The position numbers and the translations under genes were made by a program. 64,000 bases of DNA from positions 259,016 through 323,015 of the forward strand of contig JAKLFF010000001.1 of assembly GCA_022711335.1 (NCBI GenBank), given 5' to 3'. This document shows positions 37,847-47,592 of the stretch, piece by piece. Under the pieces are notes generated by a model. The model saw nothing but the letters and a program-made list of their open reading frames with translations. It was not told where the DNA came from and made no database searches. The DNA comes from Patescibacteria group bacterium. GTDB taxonomy: Bacteria > Patescibacteriota > Minisyncoccia > Moranbacterales > UBA2206. Within the stretch, counting starts at the first letter, position 1. Every line of letters starts with the position of its first letter.

Positions 37847-39172
37847 TTATTTTCTTCTTGCTGACGACAAGAATTTTCTCTGTTTTTTGAAACGTTCAAA
37901 CCAATTCATTTCAGTGACTTCTTTTTCTGTTTCTTTTGACATCCTCACAAGCTCTTTGTCAAATTCTACCACTTCCGGGTCAACTTCAAAAGCCATTTCA
38001 TTAATATCTAAAAGTTTCAATCCAGAAAGCGACCGAACTCGCGACAATGCCACATAGCCCATGCCATATTCAAATGACTTTCCTAAATCTATTTCTGCCG
38101 CATCAATTGTCATTCCCTGGCTTTTGTGGACTGTAATTGCCCAAGCTAAACGAAGCGGGATTTGTTTTATCCAAGCTTTTATTTCTCCACCTTCTTCAAA
38201 CTCCCATCTGGCTGGCTCAGCCAAAACCCCTTCCCCAGTTGATGTTTTCACAATGGGCAATTTCGTTTCGCTGTCAAAGCCAACTATTTTTCCTACTGTT
38301 CCATTAACGTATCCTTTCTCAAAATTATTTTTCACAAACATCACGACCGCGCCTTTTTTAAGAACTAATTTTTCCGGAGCAAGACATCCTTTTTTTAAAA
38401 TATCCCGCAAAACTTTGTTGCCTTCCAACAGCATACTATAAGAAAAAGGCTTTTCTGAAATTTTTTCCAATTCTTCGCCATTTATAAAATCTACGTCCCG
38501 ATTATGAGTAAAAATTCTGGTCGGTTTTATGTCGCCTTTTATTTCCTCTTTTTCCCTCATAAGAACTATTTTCGCCGTTTCGTTATCAACTGTCTGATTT
38601 CTAATGTCGTTCAAAACTCGTATCATCTCGCTGTCAGTTTGCCTTTTTTGTTCTTCAAGATAGCAAATCCGAATCTTCATTTTTTCCCAAGCCTCGCTGT
38701 TATAAACCAGCCTGGCTCTTTCCAATCCCTTTGTTACCGGCGGAAGCTGGAAAAAATCTCCGCAAAGCACAACCTGCAATCCTCCAAAAGGAATAAATGG
38801 CTCGCTTTTCATAAATCTGCAAATTTTGTCCACAACATCCAGCTGATGCGCATGAAGCATAGAAATTTCATCAATAATAAGGACTTTGGTTTTCTTGAAA
38901 CGTTTTTGATAGACCGGTTTTCTGTATAATTTTAAAAGATCGCTGTTTGATATTTCGTTTTTTATTCCCATGTTGGACCATGAATGGATAGTTATCCCAT
39001 TCATATGAGTCGCGGCAATGCCAGTTGAAGCCGTAACCGCTACTTCAATATCTTTGCTTCTGAGATATTTTATATACTCATTCAATAAAAAAGTTTTCCC
39101 GCTTCCAGCGGGACCAGTAAGATAAACATTATAACCAAGTTTCAATATTTCCAGAGCTATTTTTTGATTCAT
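37847..39172 (-). CDS. Pif1/RecD-family SF1B DNA helicase
   Basis: YLTGPAGSGKTFLL Walker A, LIIDEISML Walker B, C-terminal SH3-like/2B domain; 441 aa. Confidence 0.8.
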   Translation of the reverse strand: MNQKIALEILKLGYNVYLTGPAGSGKTFLLNEYIKYLRSKDIEVAVTASTGIAATHMNGITIHSWSNMGIKNEISNSDLLKLYRKPVYQKRFKKTKVLIIDEISMLHAHQLDVVDKICRFMKSEPFIPFGGLQVVLCGDFFQLPPVTKGLERARLVYNSEAWEKMKIRICYLEEQKRQTDSEMIRVLNDIRNQTVDNETAKIVLMREKEEIKGDIKPTRIFTHNRDVDFINGEELEKISEKPFSYSMLLEGNKVLRDILKKGCLAPEKLVLKKGAVVMFVKNNFEKGYVNGTVGKIVGFDSETKLPIVKTSTGEGVLAEPARWEFEEGGEIKAWIKQIPLRLAWAITVHKSQGMTIDAAEIDLGKSFEYGMGYVALSRVRSLSGLKLLDINEMAFEVDPEVVEFDKELVRMSKETEKEVTEMNWFERFKKQRKFLSSARRK

Positions 39173-39187
39173 AGTTTTTCAGTCTTA

Positions 39188-39349
39188 ACTTCATTCTTCA
39201 GTATACTTTGGATTTTTACAGTCTTCTTTATATACAGGAAAGGTATCGCCAAACTTATCTATCGCATCAAAAAGCTCATACTGAATCCAATATTCCGGCA
39301 TAGTCACCATTTGACCATAATTTTTGTTTTCAAATTTAACAGCTGGCAT
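39188..39349 (-). CDS. Small 53-aa ORF immediately upstream of pif1 (translationally coupled?)
   Basis: Manual translation MPAVKFENKNYGQMVTMPEYWIQYELFDAIDKFGDTFPVYKEDCKNPKYTEE; stop 14 nt before pif1 ATG. Confidence 0.25.
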
Positions 39350-39363
39350 ATAATTTATCTTTT

Positions 39364-40161
39364 CTAGTCAATTATGTGAACTTCAATATTTCTAAAATGT
39401 GCGTGTTCCTCTCCGGATTCTCTAAAACCCACCTTTCCAAAAGGAATTGTTAAGAGATTATCTGCATGATATACATTTTCTCCATCAACAAATATATCCA
39501 CTCGCGATCCTCTTACGATAGTTTTTATCTTGAACCATCTATTTTTTATATTTTTATAATGTGGGAAGTTACCAAAAAGTTTCCATCCGACTCTGATTTC
39601 GCTAATTTCAAAAGTGTCTTCCTCAATGTTTTTAAACCTAGGCTGAGATAGTCTTAAATGTGGTCGAATGTACTCATTATTAATTTGAAACATCAGATAA
39701 TTATTCAAATCTTGCGCCCTAACTATCCAGCCAGAAAATTTATTTAAAATTTTTGTTTCAAATTCAAATTCATAATTTTCCCACAAGGAGCCAGTTTTAC
39801 TTATTCCTCCTTCTTCTGATTCAGTCACGCTTAACTCACCGTCTTCTATTTTCCAATCACCCTTAAAGTCCCAGTTTATATGTAAATCTTTCTTCAATTT
39901 TTCTATAAAAGCTATTCTTAGTCTTTTTTCAATTTTATAGATTTTCATGAACAACCATACAAATCCAAAAAAAATAAAACCAATAAAAAATATTTTCGAA
40001 TTCTTTAAAAATAAATCGACTATTGGAATATTAATCCCATTAGTACCTACACGATTATCTATCCAGCCAATTATTGAAATAAACAAAGAAATAAAAGTTA
40101 ACCATTTCGAAGTTTCCTCTCTATATTTCTCTACATATTTTATAATCTTTTTAGTATCCAT
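39364..40161 (-). CDS. Membrane-anchored DUF1080 (3-keto-disaccharide hydrolase / LamG-like) domain protein
   Basis: Two N-terminal TM; C-terminal ...GKVGFRESGEEHAHFRNIEVHI typical DUF1080 ending. Confidence 0.5.
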   Translation of the reverse strand: MDTKKIIKYVEKYREETSKWLTFISLFISIIGWIDNRVGTNGINIPIVDLFLKNSKIFFIGFIFFGFVWLFMKIYKIEKRLRIAFIEKLKKDLHINWDFKGDWKIEDGELSVTESEEGGISKTGSLWENYEFEFETKILNKFSGWIVRAQDLNNYLMFQINNEYIRPHLRLSQPRFKNIEEDTFEISEIRVGWKLFGNFPHYKNIKNRWFKIKTIVRGSRVDIFVDGENVYHADNLLTIPFGKVGFRESGEEHAHFRNIEVHIID

Positions 40162-40181
40162 AGTACTTTCAATTTTGTAAA

Positions 40182-40826
40182 TTAAGATGCTATTTCAAAA
40201 ATCTTTTTTACTAAACCGGTTCTCGCATAAAATGCCCTTGTTATTGGTCGTCTTTTTTTTGTTCTTGGATTTATACCTCCAGTTCCTTTTGTTCTTGCTT
40301 GAATCCATTTTCCATCTTTGCCAGTAAGGGCATCAAAACCATGATTTTTCAATTTTTCTCTTATAAAATCATAATCTGCTTTTATCTCTTTAATCAATTC
40401 GTCGTCCTCAGCAAAATCCAAACTTGCAACCTTCAATAGTTCACCACTTTCTGAATTTTTTCCATGCCACATAACCGCGCAAAAAACTATTGATTTTAAT
40501 TTTGCCCAGCAATGACTTTCAAAAAATCCATGTTTTTTAAGCTCTTCTTGATTTATCATAGTTATTGCCATAGTTTCCTTTGGTTTGAGTTTATCTTTTA
40601 TTTTATGAAAACTTACTGATTTTAATTCATAGGAAAGACCATTGGGTGCTTTTGAAACATTATTTTCTAATCCCGCAAGTCTTTCTAGAATTAGTCCCTT
40701 CCAACCCTTATTCTGTTTTCCCGTCTCATACGTAGTGATTCCATATTCCAAAGCTAATTTTCTTAAATCTTTTCCTAAATACTTTTTTAGATTGTTTATA
40801 GCAGTTGTTCTGGTAACTATTTTCAT
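40182..40826 (-). CDS. MutH/Sau3AI-family (GATC-type) restriction endonuclease candidate
   Basis: QNKGWKGLILERLAGLENNVSKAPNGLSYELKSV matches MutH core (KGW.GQLLE..LG....PDF..LGVELKT); 4-nt overlap with upstream MTase. Confidence 0.6.
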   Translation of the reverse strand: MKIVTRTTAINNLKKYLGKDLRKLALEYGITTYETGKQNKGWKGLILERLAGLENNVSKAPNGLSYELKSVSFHKIKDKLKPKETMAITMINQEELKKHGFFESHCWAKLKSIVFCAVMWHGKNSESGELLKVASLDFAEDDELIKEIKADYDFIREKLKNHGFDALTGKDGKWIQARTKGTGGINPRTKKRRPITRAFYARTGLVKKIFEIAS

Positions 40827-41677
40827 TTTTTTAAATCATTAAACCTTTTTATTGATAAATCTAAATATTTTTTCTCCATATCAATCCCCACAAACTTCCT
40901 ATCATTCAAAGCCGCAGCAAGGCCAGTCGTGGATGAGCCAGTAAAGGGATCAAGAACTAAATCATTTTTATCAGTGCTAGCTAAAATAATTCTGACTAAT
41001 AAATCAATCGGCTTTTGGGTTGGATGTTTTCCAAATTTCTTTTCCCCATTCTTTGGAGGGTATATAGACCAAACGCTTCGCATTTGCAAATTAGGTTTTT
41101 TAATGAAATCATCCGGCCAATCACCATTTTTCATCAGATCATAATTGAATTTATGCTTTCCCTTCTTGTCTTTTCTAGCCCAAATCAAGGTTTCATGACT
41201 GGCTGTAAAAAATCGACAACTAAGGTTCGGCGAAGCGTTAGGTTTAAACCAAGCAATATCGTTGAGAATATGGAATTTATTAACCTGCAGAGCAAATCCG
41301 CATTGATAAATAGAATGATACGTTCCACTAATCCAAATTGTTCCGCCAGGTTTCAAAACTCTATGGCAAGCTTTTGTCCAATCAAGATGAAATTGAAAAT
41401 CTTTTTTAAGACCATTTGTCACATCCCATTGGCCCTTGTTAACACTAACCATTTTCCCTCCATCACAAGTAAATCCGCCATTGGAAAGAAAATATGGTGG
41501 ATCGGCAAAAATCATATCGACTGAATCTTCTGGAAGTTGCTCAAGAATTTTCAGACAATCGTTTTTATACAAAACAAAATTATCCTTTTTAAAATAAGGC
41601 TTATCTTTTACCGAAGATAATATCTTTTGCTGCTGTTTTTTTGTAGTCACTAATTTTATATTATTGCCCTCCTCCAT
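40823..41677 (-). CDS. Type II DNA methyltransferase, beta-class N6-adenine/N4-cytosine (DPPY then FxGxG order)
   Basis: MIFADPPYFL (IV) ... DLVLDPFTGSSTTGLAAALNDRKFVGIDM (I); paired with MutH-like REase so probably GATC-specific. Confidence 0.85.
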   Translation of the reverse strand: MEEGNNIKLVTTKKQQQKILSSVKDKPYFKKDNFVLYKNDCLKILEQLPEDSVDMIFADPPYFLSNGGFTCDGGKMVSVNKGQWDVTNGLKKDFQFHLDWTKACHRVLKPGGTIWISGTYHSIYQCGFALQVNKFHILNDIAWFKPNASPNLSCRFFTASHETLIWARKDKKGKHKFNYDLMKNGDWPDDFIKKPNLQMRSVWSIYPPKNGEKKFGKHPTQKPIDLLVRIILASTDKNDLVLDPFTGSSTTGLAAALNDRKFVGIDMEKKYLDLSIKRFNDLKK

Positions 41678-41818
41678 AGTGATATTATACCACTTATATT
41701 ATATCACTGTCAAGTAGCAGCTGTGGATAACTTTTATTAATTCTTTTTCAACCCATCCCCCACTCCTTTATCTATTCAAATACGTCACCGTCAATTGCAA
41801 AACTGTCGCTTCGAATTT

Positions 41819-43252
41819 TCAACTTCTAAAAACTTTCCATATCCACCCGAAAAGACTGCGCTTATTTTCATTCTCCGCAATGGTTTTTTCCAGTCTGGAA
41901 GCGTCTTCTTTCATTTTTTTCAAAAGCGCTTCTATGCTTTTTTTGTTGTTTTCGTTTTTGGCGTCTTTATACATTGCCTCCAGATCGGAAGTATTTTTTG
42001 CATATTCTTCCGCTTCTTTTTTCAAAACAACCATGCTTTCCCGGTCTATGCCGACAAAAAAAGTTTTCCAGGGGCTTCTTTTTCTAATTTTTTCCATTTC
42101 AAAGCTGGATTTTTTTGAAGCTTCCTCCTCCCACAGCGACAAGCTTTGAACTTTTTCCCAGAGCATTTCTTCTTTTTCGATATCTTCATCATTTTCAGCA
42201 TCTTCATCGTTTTTGACATCTTCATCCCTTCCGACATCTCCCATTATTGAAGTATCGTCCTTTATAATATTGTTCTTTTCCTCAACTTCTTCTTCCACGG
42301 CGTCGATTATGTTGCAAAAGTTGTTAATCGAATCAAGCTTATTTCCTTCTATAACATTGTCCTTGAGATTTATCGATTCATTCCAATATGAACCCTGCAC
42401 TTCCCCTCCGCTGGGCAAAGCACAATCCAATCCATATTTCCTGCTTTTTTCCAGGCTATTCCCGGTAATGTTTATTATTCCCGATTTTTTGTTCTCTTTG
42501 TAAAATTGGGTAGCAATTGCACTGGCCTGATTTTTTCGGATATTATTTTTGGAAATATCCAATTCCGAGCTTCCAATAACAAGCTCGATCCCACTTTCCC
42601 CATTTTCATAAATTTCATTATTTTTAATTATTCCCTCGGTGTTAGAACGAATATCTACCCCTTCTTCTTTATTGGAATAAATCTTATTTCCTATCAGCTC
42701 TATTTTTCGCCCCGCCTGGATATATAGCCCCTTTGTGCCGTTTTTATACACCGACGAATTCGTGAGCGTCACTTTTCCACTTCCCGGAAGCGCGTTTATG
42801 CCTATGCTTTCGGAATCTTTTATCGCGCAATTTTCAATTAAAACATCCGCTCCTTTTTCCGCCGTTATTCCCGATGATCCGCCACTGACAGTAATTTCTT
42901 TTAACAAACTGCCGTCTTTCATTGTTACAGAGCGGATAGAAACCTTCTTTAAACTTTCTCCGTGGAGCTTTACGTTTTTCCCCAGCGTAACTGCCTCGTC
43001 GTATTCCCCGCTTTTAACATAAATGCTTCTTGATCCCGATCCATTCTCAAGAGACTTTTCAACTGCCTTGGAAATACTGCTGAAGGGATTGGTCTTGCTT
43101 CCATCGGCGCCGTCTTTTTCACTGCCTTTTTCTACATAAAAATCATATGATTCCGCATTGCAAAAAGAAGGAAGCGCAATTCCAAAAAAAACAGTTGCAA
43201 ATACAAAACCTGACGCAAACCATTTTTTGCTAAAACTATTTCCCGCTATCAT
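41819..43252 (-). CDS. Secreted right-handed parallel beta-helix repeat protein (pectate-lyase/NosD-like) with acidic C-terminal coiled coil
   Basis: Signal peptide; repeated NxIxxNxxxGI motifs. Confidence 0.55.
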   Translation of the reverse strand: MIAGNSFSKKWFASGFVFATVFFGIALPSFCNAESYDFYVEKGSEKDGADGSKTNPFSSISKAVEKSLENGSGSRSIYVKSGEYDEAVTLGKNVKLHGESLKKVSIRSVTMKDGSLLKEITVSGGSSGITAEKGADVLIENCAIKDSESIGINALPGSGKVTLTNSSVYKNGTKGLYIQAGRKIELIGNKIYSNKEEGVDIRSNTEGIIKNNEIYENGESGIELVIGSSELDISKNNIRKNQASAIATQFYKENKKSGIINITGNSLEKSRKYGLDCALPSGGEVQGSYWNESINLKDNVIEGNKLDSINNFCNIIDAVEEEVEEKNNIIKDDTSIMGDVGRDEDVKNDEDAENDEDIEKEEMLWEKVQSLSLWEEEASKKSSFEMEKIRKRSPWKTFFVGIDRESMVVLKKEAEEYAKNTSDLEAMYKDAKNENNKKSIEALLKKMKEDASRLEKTIAENENKRSLFGWIWKVFRS

Positions 43253-43462
43253 GCTTTTATCCTATGCCAAAATCGGCTTTTTTGCAAAAAAAGCACGCTG
43301 TCTTTTTTCAAAACCAAAAAACCGCCAGGCGGTAATATTCCCACTTTTTATGATTTTATAGCCATATTATGCCGCATAGATTGATTTTGGAAACTATTTG
43401 CCGTTTTACAATCGTTTAAAAAAAAGGTATAATAATGGAAGAAGTGAATTTTTATTCCGTTT

Positions 43463-45445
43463 TTGGCTATGAAACAAAAACAAAAAATTTGGGTTTGGTT
43501 GGTGTTGGTTAGTTTTCTATTTTCTTCAGTTTTGCCTTTAGGAAACTATAATACCGCCTATGCCGCTTCCATATATCAGCATTATACCAACGAAGGCATC
43601 GCTTTTTACGCTTATTCCAACGCTTCAACCGCTGAAGAAATCAGCCAGAAAGATATTTCCCCTGTTTACAGGTCATACAGCAGCACTGATACTGAACATA
43701 TTTATACGACTTCCGAAATTGTTAAGAACGGTTATACGCTCGATCAGCCGGGAAACGCCGCCGGTATCGCTTTTTATGCCTACGAAAGCAATATCGTTAC
43801 CGGAACAGCTATTCAAAATATTCCCTCTGGCACTGAACCGCAAAATATTCCAGCTGGAACTGAACCGCAAACAGAAATTGTCACCACTACCGCTACCCGT
43901 GAAGGAGTTGTTCCCGTTTATCAGCTTTACTATGGACCGCTAGACAGCCGCCTTTACACTGCTTCTGAAACAGAGAAAACAGCAGTAATGTCGGGCAATA
44001 TGCCTTATGTCCTCGATTCAAGCAATGCCAATGCCGACGGTATTGCTTTTTATGTTTATCCCAAAGACACAGCAGCAGAAACCATCACTAAGAAAAACCT
44101 GGTTCCGGTCTATCGGTTCCATAACACTGCCAATGGCGATTATATATATACGACTGACCAAAATGAAGTAGATACAACTACCAAAACCCCGGCTGATATT
44201 TCCAGTCTGGGACCGGAAATTTCTGTCGGCCTTTGGAATACGAATAAAAGCGATCTTGACCAAACCGCTTTTAAGATAAAAGCCAATAAAGATTATAATA
44301 TCAGAGATAAGCAAGATGGAAATATCCTGGCCCAAGTAACTGCCGGAAATGTCACTCGGGTGGATACATATACAATCACAACCACTCAAGTTGTGAAAGA
44401 TGATGATAGCGGCGGAGGCGGAGGCGGCGGGAAGAAAAAGAAGAAAAAGAAGAAGAAAAAGAAGAAAAAGAAATCTTCCAAAAAAACGACTCCTTCCAGC
44501 AGCGCAAGAGTCCTTGGCGTGTCTACAACGAAAAAAACAACGGTAAAGAAAAAAACAGTGAAAAAGAAAACTGCAAAGAAGAAAAAAACTAAGAAAAAAA
44601 CAAAAAAGAAAAAGACGAGTTTTTTTGAATTTTTAGTTCCAACAGCCTATGCCAGCAACAGAATTGTAACAACCAATACCCAGTATTTGAAAATAAAAAT
44701 CAAACAAGGCGACACGTCGACGACTATCCTGGAAAAAAATATGGGCGTCCAGGAACTGTATCTTGATCCGACCGACGGGGACAGCAGTGATATGATTTTT
44801 TCCACCTGGCGTCCGGGTTCTGATTATGATAAATATTACCGATATCGCGGTGAAATGAAAATAAAATATACGGATAATGATAATATATGGATGATCAATG
44901 TCTTGCCGTTGGAACAGTATGTCTGGGGCATGGGAGAAATGGCCGGAGATGGTCCGGAAGAACACTCGAAAGTTATGACAGTAATTTTTAGAACATATGG
45001 AAAATGGTACGCGGATTATGCAACAAAATATCTTCCTTGGGGATTCAGAATATTAAGCACTTCCTCATCGCAGATATACAGCGGATATGATCATGAAGTA
45101 GCTTATCCCCTAATCAAGCCTATTGCCGAAGAAACACGAGGAATCATTGTAACTTACAAGAAAGAGACAGCTCTGACTCCCTATAGCTCCTGGACTGATG
45201 GACGCACCAGAAGCTTTGAAGAGCATTGGGGATCTAAAGATTATCCATGGTGCCAATCAGTGGACGATCAGTATGGAAAGCATCCTTCAAAAACCACCGA
45301 GGAATTATTTGCCTCCGGCAACCACATGGTCGGACTTAGTGCGCATGGATCGTTATATTCAGCCAGAGATCACGGATGGAAATATAAAGATATACTGAAA
45401 CACTATTATACGGGAATTGATGATTTAACTCCAAGATACCCTTAA
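43463..45445 (+). CDS. Secreted SpoIID/LytB-domain protein with N-terminal PVYR...GIAFYAY repeats and a Gly/Lys homopolymer linker
   Basis: C-terminal LEQYVWGMGEMAG..., SSSQIYSGYDHE, NHMVGLSAHGSLYSARDHGWKYKDILKHYYTGI match SpoIID/LytB; three copies of the PVYR..(I/L)YT...GIAFY(A/V)Y repeat. Confidence 0.7.
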   Translation: MAMKQKQKIWVWLVLVSFLFSSVLPLGNYNTAYAASIYQHYTNEGIAFYAYSNASTAEEISQKDISPVYRSYSSTDTEHIYTTSEIVKNGYTLDQPGNAAGIAFYAYESNIVTGTAIQNIPSGTEPQNIPAGTEPQTEIVTTTATREGVVPVYQLYYGPLDSRLYTASETEKTAVMSGNMPYVLDSSNANADGIAFYVYPKDTAAETITKKNLVPVYRFHNTANGDYIYTTDQNEVDTTTKTPADISSLGPEISVGLWNTNKSDLDQTAFKIKANKDYNIRDKQDGNILAQVTAGNVTRVDTYTITTTQVVKDDDSGGGGGGGKKKKKKKKKKKKKKSSKKTTPSSSARVLGVSTTKKTTVKKKTVKKKTAKKKKTKKKTKKKKTSFFEFLVPTAYASNRIVTTNTQYLKIKIKQGDTSTTILEKNMGVQELYLDPTDGDSSDMIFSTWRPGSDYDKYYRYRGEMKIKYTDNDNIWMINVLPLEQYVWGMGEMAGDGPEEHSKVMTVIFRTYGKWYADYATKYLPWGFRILSTSSSQIYSGYDHEVAYPLIKPIAEETRGIIVTYKKETALTPYSSWTDGRTRSFEEHWGSKDYPWCQSVDDQYGKHPSKTTEELFASGNHMVGLSAHGSLYSARDHGWKYKDILKHYYTGIDDLTPRYP

Positions 45446-45449
45446 ACAT

Positions 45450-45974
45450 ATGAATAAAAAATTACTCTTAGCAGCGGTTATTTTGGCGCTGGGCGGTTTG
45501 GTTTATTTTGTTTATCCGGCCGCCAAAAACTTTTTTTTAAAAGGTGCCACTAAAAAAATTATAAATAATAATTCGACCCAAAATTCCGAAGAAGCAGAAA
45601 ATAATGAAAAGCAGAACTCCGATTCTGAAAATAACGGCCAGGAAACAGTCGCGCCAAAGGTGGAATTCGCACCGAAAGACTGCGACAACAATTGCTCGCG
45701 CTTTAAAAAAGACAGCGAAAAAGAATACTGCCAGGAAATTTGCGGAACAAAAACTTTTTTTGAAGATGCCGAGGAAGAAGGCGGGTCATCGGGCGATTGC
45801 GCTTCGGAAAAAGGGGTTCAGAAAGATTATTGCCTGAAAGACATTGCTGTCGGAAACAAAGATTATAAAACCTGCAACGAAATAAAAGACGCTAATATCA
45901 AAAAATCCTGCCAGAACAGGATAACGGAAGATATTTTAGAAAGTCAGCCAAGCCAAATGCCTAACGACTTATAA
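45450..45974 (+). CDS. Secreted Cys-rich hypothetical protein
   Basis: Signal peptide; 8 Cys in paired arrangement. Confidence 0.4.
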   Translation: MNKKLLLAAVILALGGLVYFVYPAAKNFFLKGATKKIINNNSTQNSEEAENNEKQNSDSENNGQETVAPKVEFAPKDCDNNCSRFKKDSEKEYCQEICGTKTFFEDAEEEGGSSGDCASEKGVQKDYCLKDIAVGNKDYKTCNEIKDANIKKSCQNRITEDILESQPSQMPNDL

Positions 45975-45976
45975 TT

Positions 45977-47089
45977 TTATAGTATCGTTCCCCCGCCTAA
46001 AACTTCATCTTTCCAATAAAAAACGGCGTACTGCCCCGGGGTTATCGCCCATTGGGGTTTTTTGAATTTAATTTCCGCACCTTTAATGCTGCATGATGCT
46101 GGAACATGCCTATATCTTATTTTAACTTTTATATTTTTTCCCAAAAGCGCTTTTTTTTCAGCTGCTTTTGAAATCCATCTTATATTTTTCACTTTCATGC
46201 TTTTGCCATAAATATCTTTTTTTGACCCGACAATCAGCTTATTTTCTTTTTCCTCGAAACCAGCAACATACAAAGGGATTCTATTTGGGTTTTTCATGCC
46301 CGTCTGATCAATTCCTTTTCGCTGGCCGATTGTATAATTTACAAGGCCCTGGTGCCGGCCTATTTTTTTGTTTTCCAAATTAACAATTTCTCCGGACTGA
46401 AAAAATTTTTGGCTTATATGCCTTTTCAAAAAATCGCCGTAATTTTTATCCTGGATAAAACAGATTTCCTGGCTTTCTTTTCTGTTTTCAAAATCAAGCC
46501 TATTTTTTTTGGCAATTTGCATCACTTCCCTTTTGGTCAAATTTCCAACAGGAAACAAAGTTTTTGAGAGCTGTTTCTGATCAAGCTGGCAGAGAAAATA
46601 GCTCTGGTCTTTGGTTGTATCCCGTCCAGAAAAAAGATGAAAAATATTATTTCCGTCTTTTTTTATTTTCGCGTAGTGTCCGGTGGCAATTTTATCAAAA
46701 CCCAGTTCTTCGGCAAAATTCAAAAACCAGCCGAATTTGATGGATTTATTGCAGCCGACGCAAGGATTGGGGGTTCTTAGATTTTTATACTCGTCGATAA
46801 AATTATCTACGATAGTTTTTTTAAATATTTTTTCGACATCAACAATATGGATGGGCATGCCAATTTTCTTTGCCACTTCTTTGGCTTTTTTCAAGGATTC
46901 GCTGTCACAGCAGCCGTTTTCTCTCTTTATTCCGCATGTCGGATCGGACCAAAATTTTAAAAAGAATCCGGAAACAGAAAAACCCCGCTTTTTAAGGAGC
47001 AGAGCGGAAACAGAAGAATCAATCCCGCCGGACATAGCCACAGCAACCTTGGGTTTTTCTTTTTTTGCCTTCATCTTTTTAAAATCCAC
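45977..47089 (-). CDS. mnmA: tRNA-specific 2-thiouridylase MnmA
   Basis: VAVAMSGGIDSSVSA PP-loop, catalytic Cys pair. Confidence 0.9.
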   Translation of the reverse strand: MDFKKMKAKKEKPKVAVAMSGGIDSSVSALLLKKRGFSVSGFFLKFWSDPTCGIKRENGCCDSESLKKAKEVAKKIGMPIHIVDVEKIFKKTIVDNFIDEYKNLRTPNPCVGCNKSIKFGWFLNFAEELGFDKIATGHYAKIKKDGNNIFHLFSGRDTTKDQSYFLCQLDQKQLSKTLFPVGNLTKREVMQIAKKNRLDFENRKESQEICFIQDKNYGDFLKRHISQKFFQSGEIVNLENKKIGRHQGLVNYTIGQRKGIDQTGMKNPNRIPLYVAGFEEKENKLIVGSKKDIYGKSMKVKNIRWISKAAEKKALLGKNIKVKIRYRHVPASCSIKGAEIKFKKPQWAITPGQYAVFYWKDEVLGGGTIL

Positions 47090-47166
47090 CTGATTTTCTC
47101 ACATTTTCTTTTCAAAGTCCAGCTTTGTATTGTATTTGTAGTTCAAGGCTATTTTTTGGTTATTTT

Positions 47167-47571
47167 TTATTTTTGAAGGGTATTTTGCAAAACTTCTTCG
47201 ACAATATCCACCACTTTTTGCGGATTGGAAAGCGCTTTGACTATATAAAAATGAATATTCAATTTTTTTATTCTATTCAAAACTTCCGGGCTATCCGTAT
47301 TAGTAAGCACCACCACAGGAATCCTTGAAAGATTGCTGTCTTTTCTCAACGCTTGAATAAGTCCGACCCCGTCAATCTCTGGCATCATAATATCAATTAT
47401 CGCCACATCCGGATTTTCCGCTTTTATAACGTCAAAGCCTTCCCTTCCATTTCTGGCCGTAACCACTTCGAAATCTTTCTGCCTAAGTTTAATTCCATAA
47501 ATTTCCAGGATGAAATTGTCATCATCAACGATGCATATCTTTCTTTTTTTTTCGTTTTTATTGTTTTGCAT
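47167..47571 (-). CDS. Single-domain CheY-like response regulator receiver
   Basis: KICIVDDDNFILE...DVAIIDIMMPEIDGVGL...VVVLTN. Confidence 0.8.
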   Translation of the reverse strand: MQNNKNEKKRKICIVDDDNFILEIYGIKLRQKDFEVVTARNGREGFDVIKAENPDVAIIDIMMPEIDGVGLIQALRKDSNLSRIPVVVLTNTDSPEVLNRIKKLNIHFYIVKALSNPQKVVDIVEEVLQNTLQK

Positions 47572-47592
47572 AAAAAATTAAATTTAATATTT

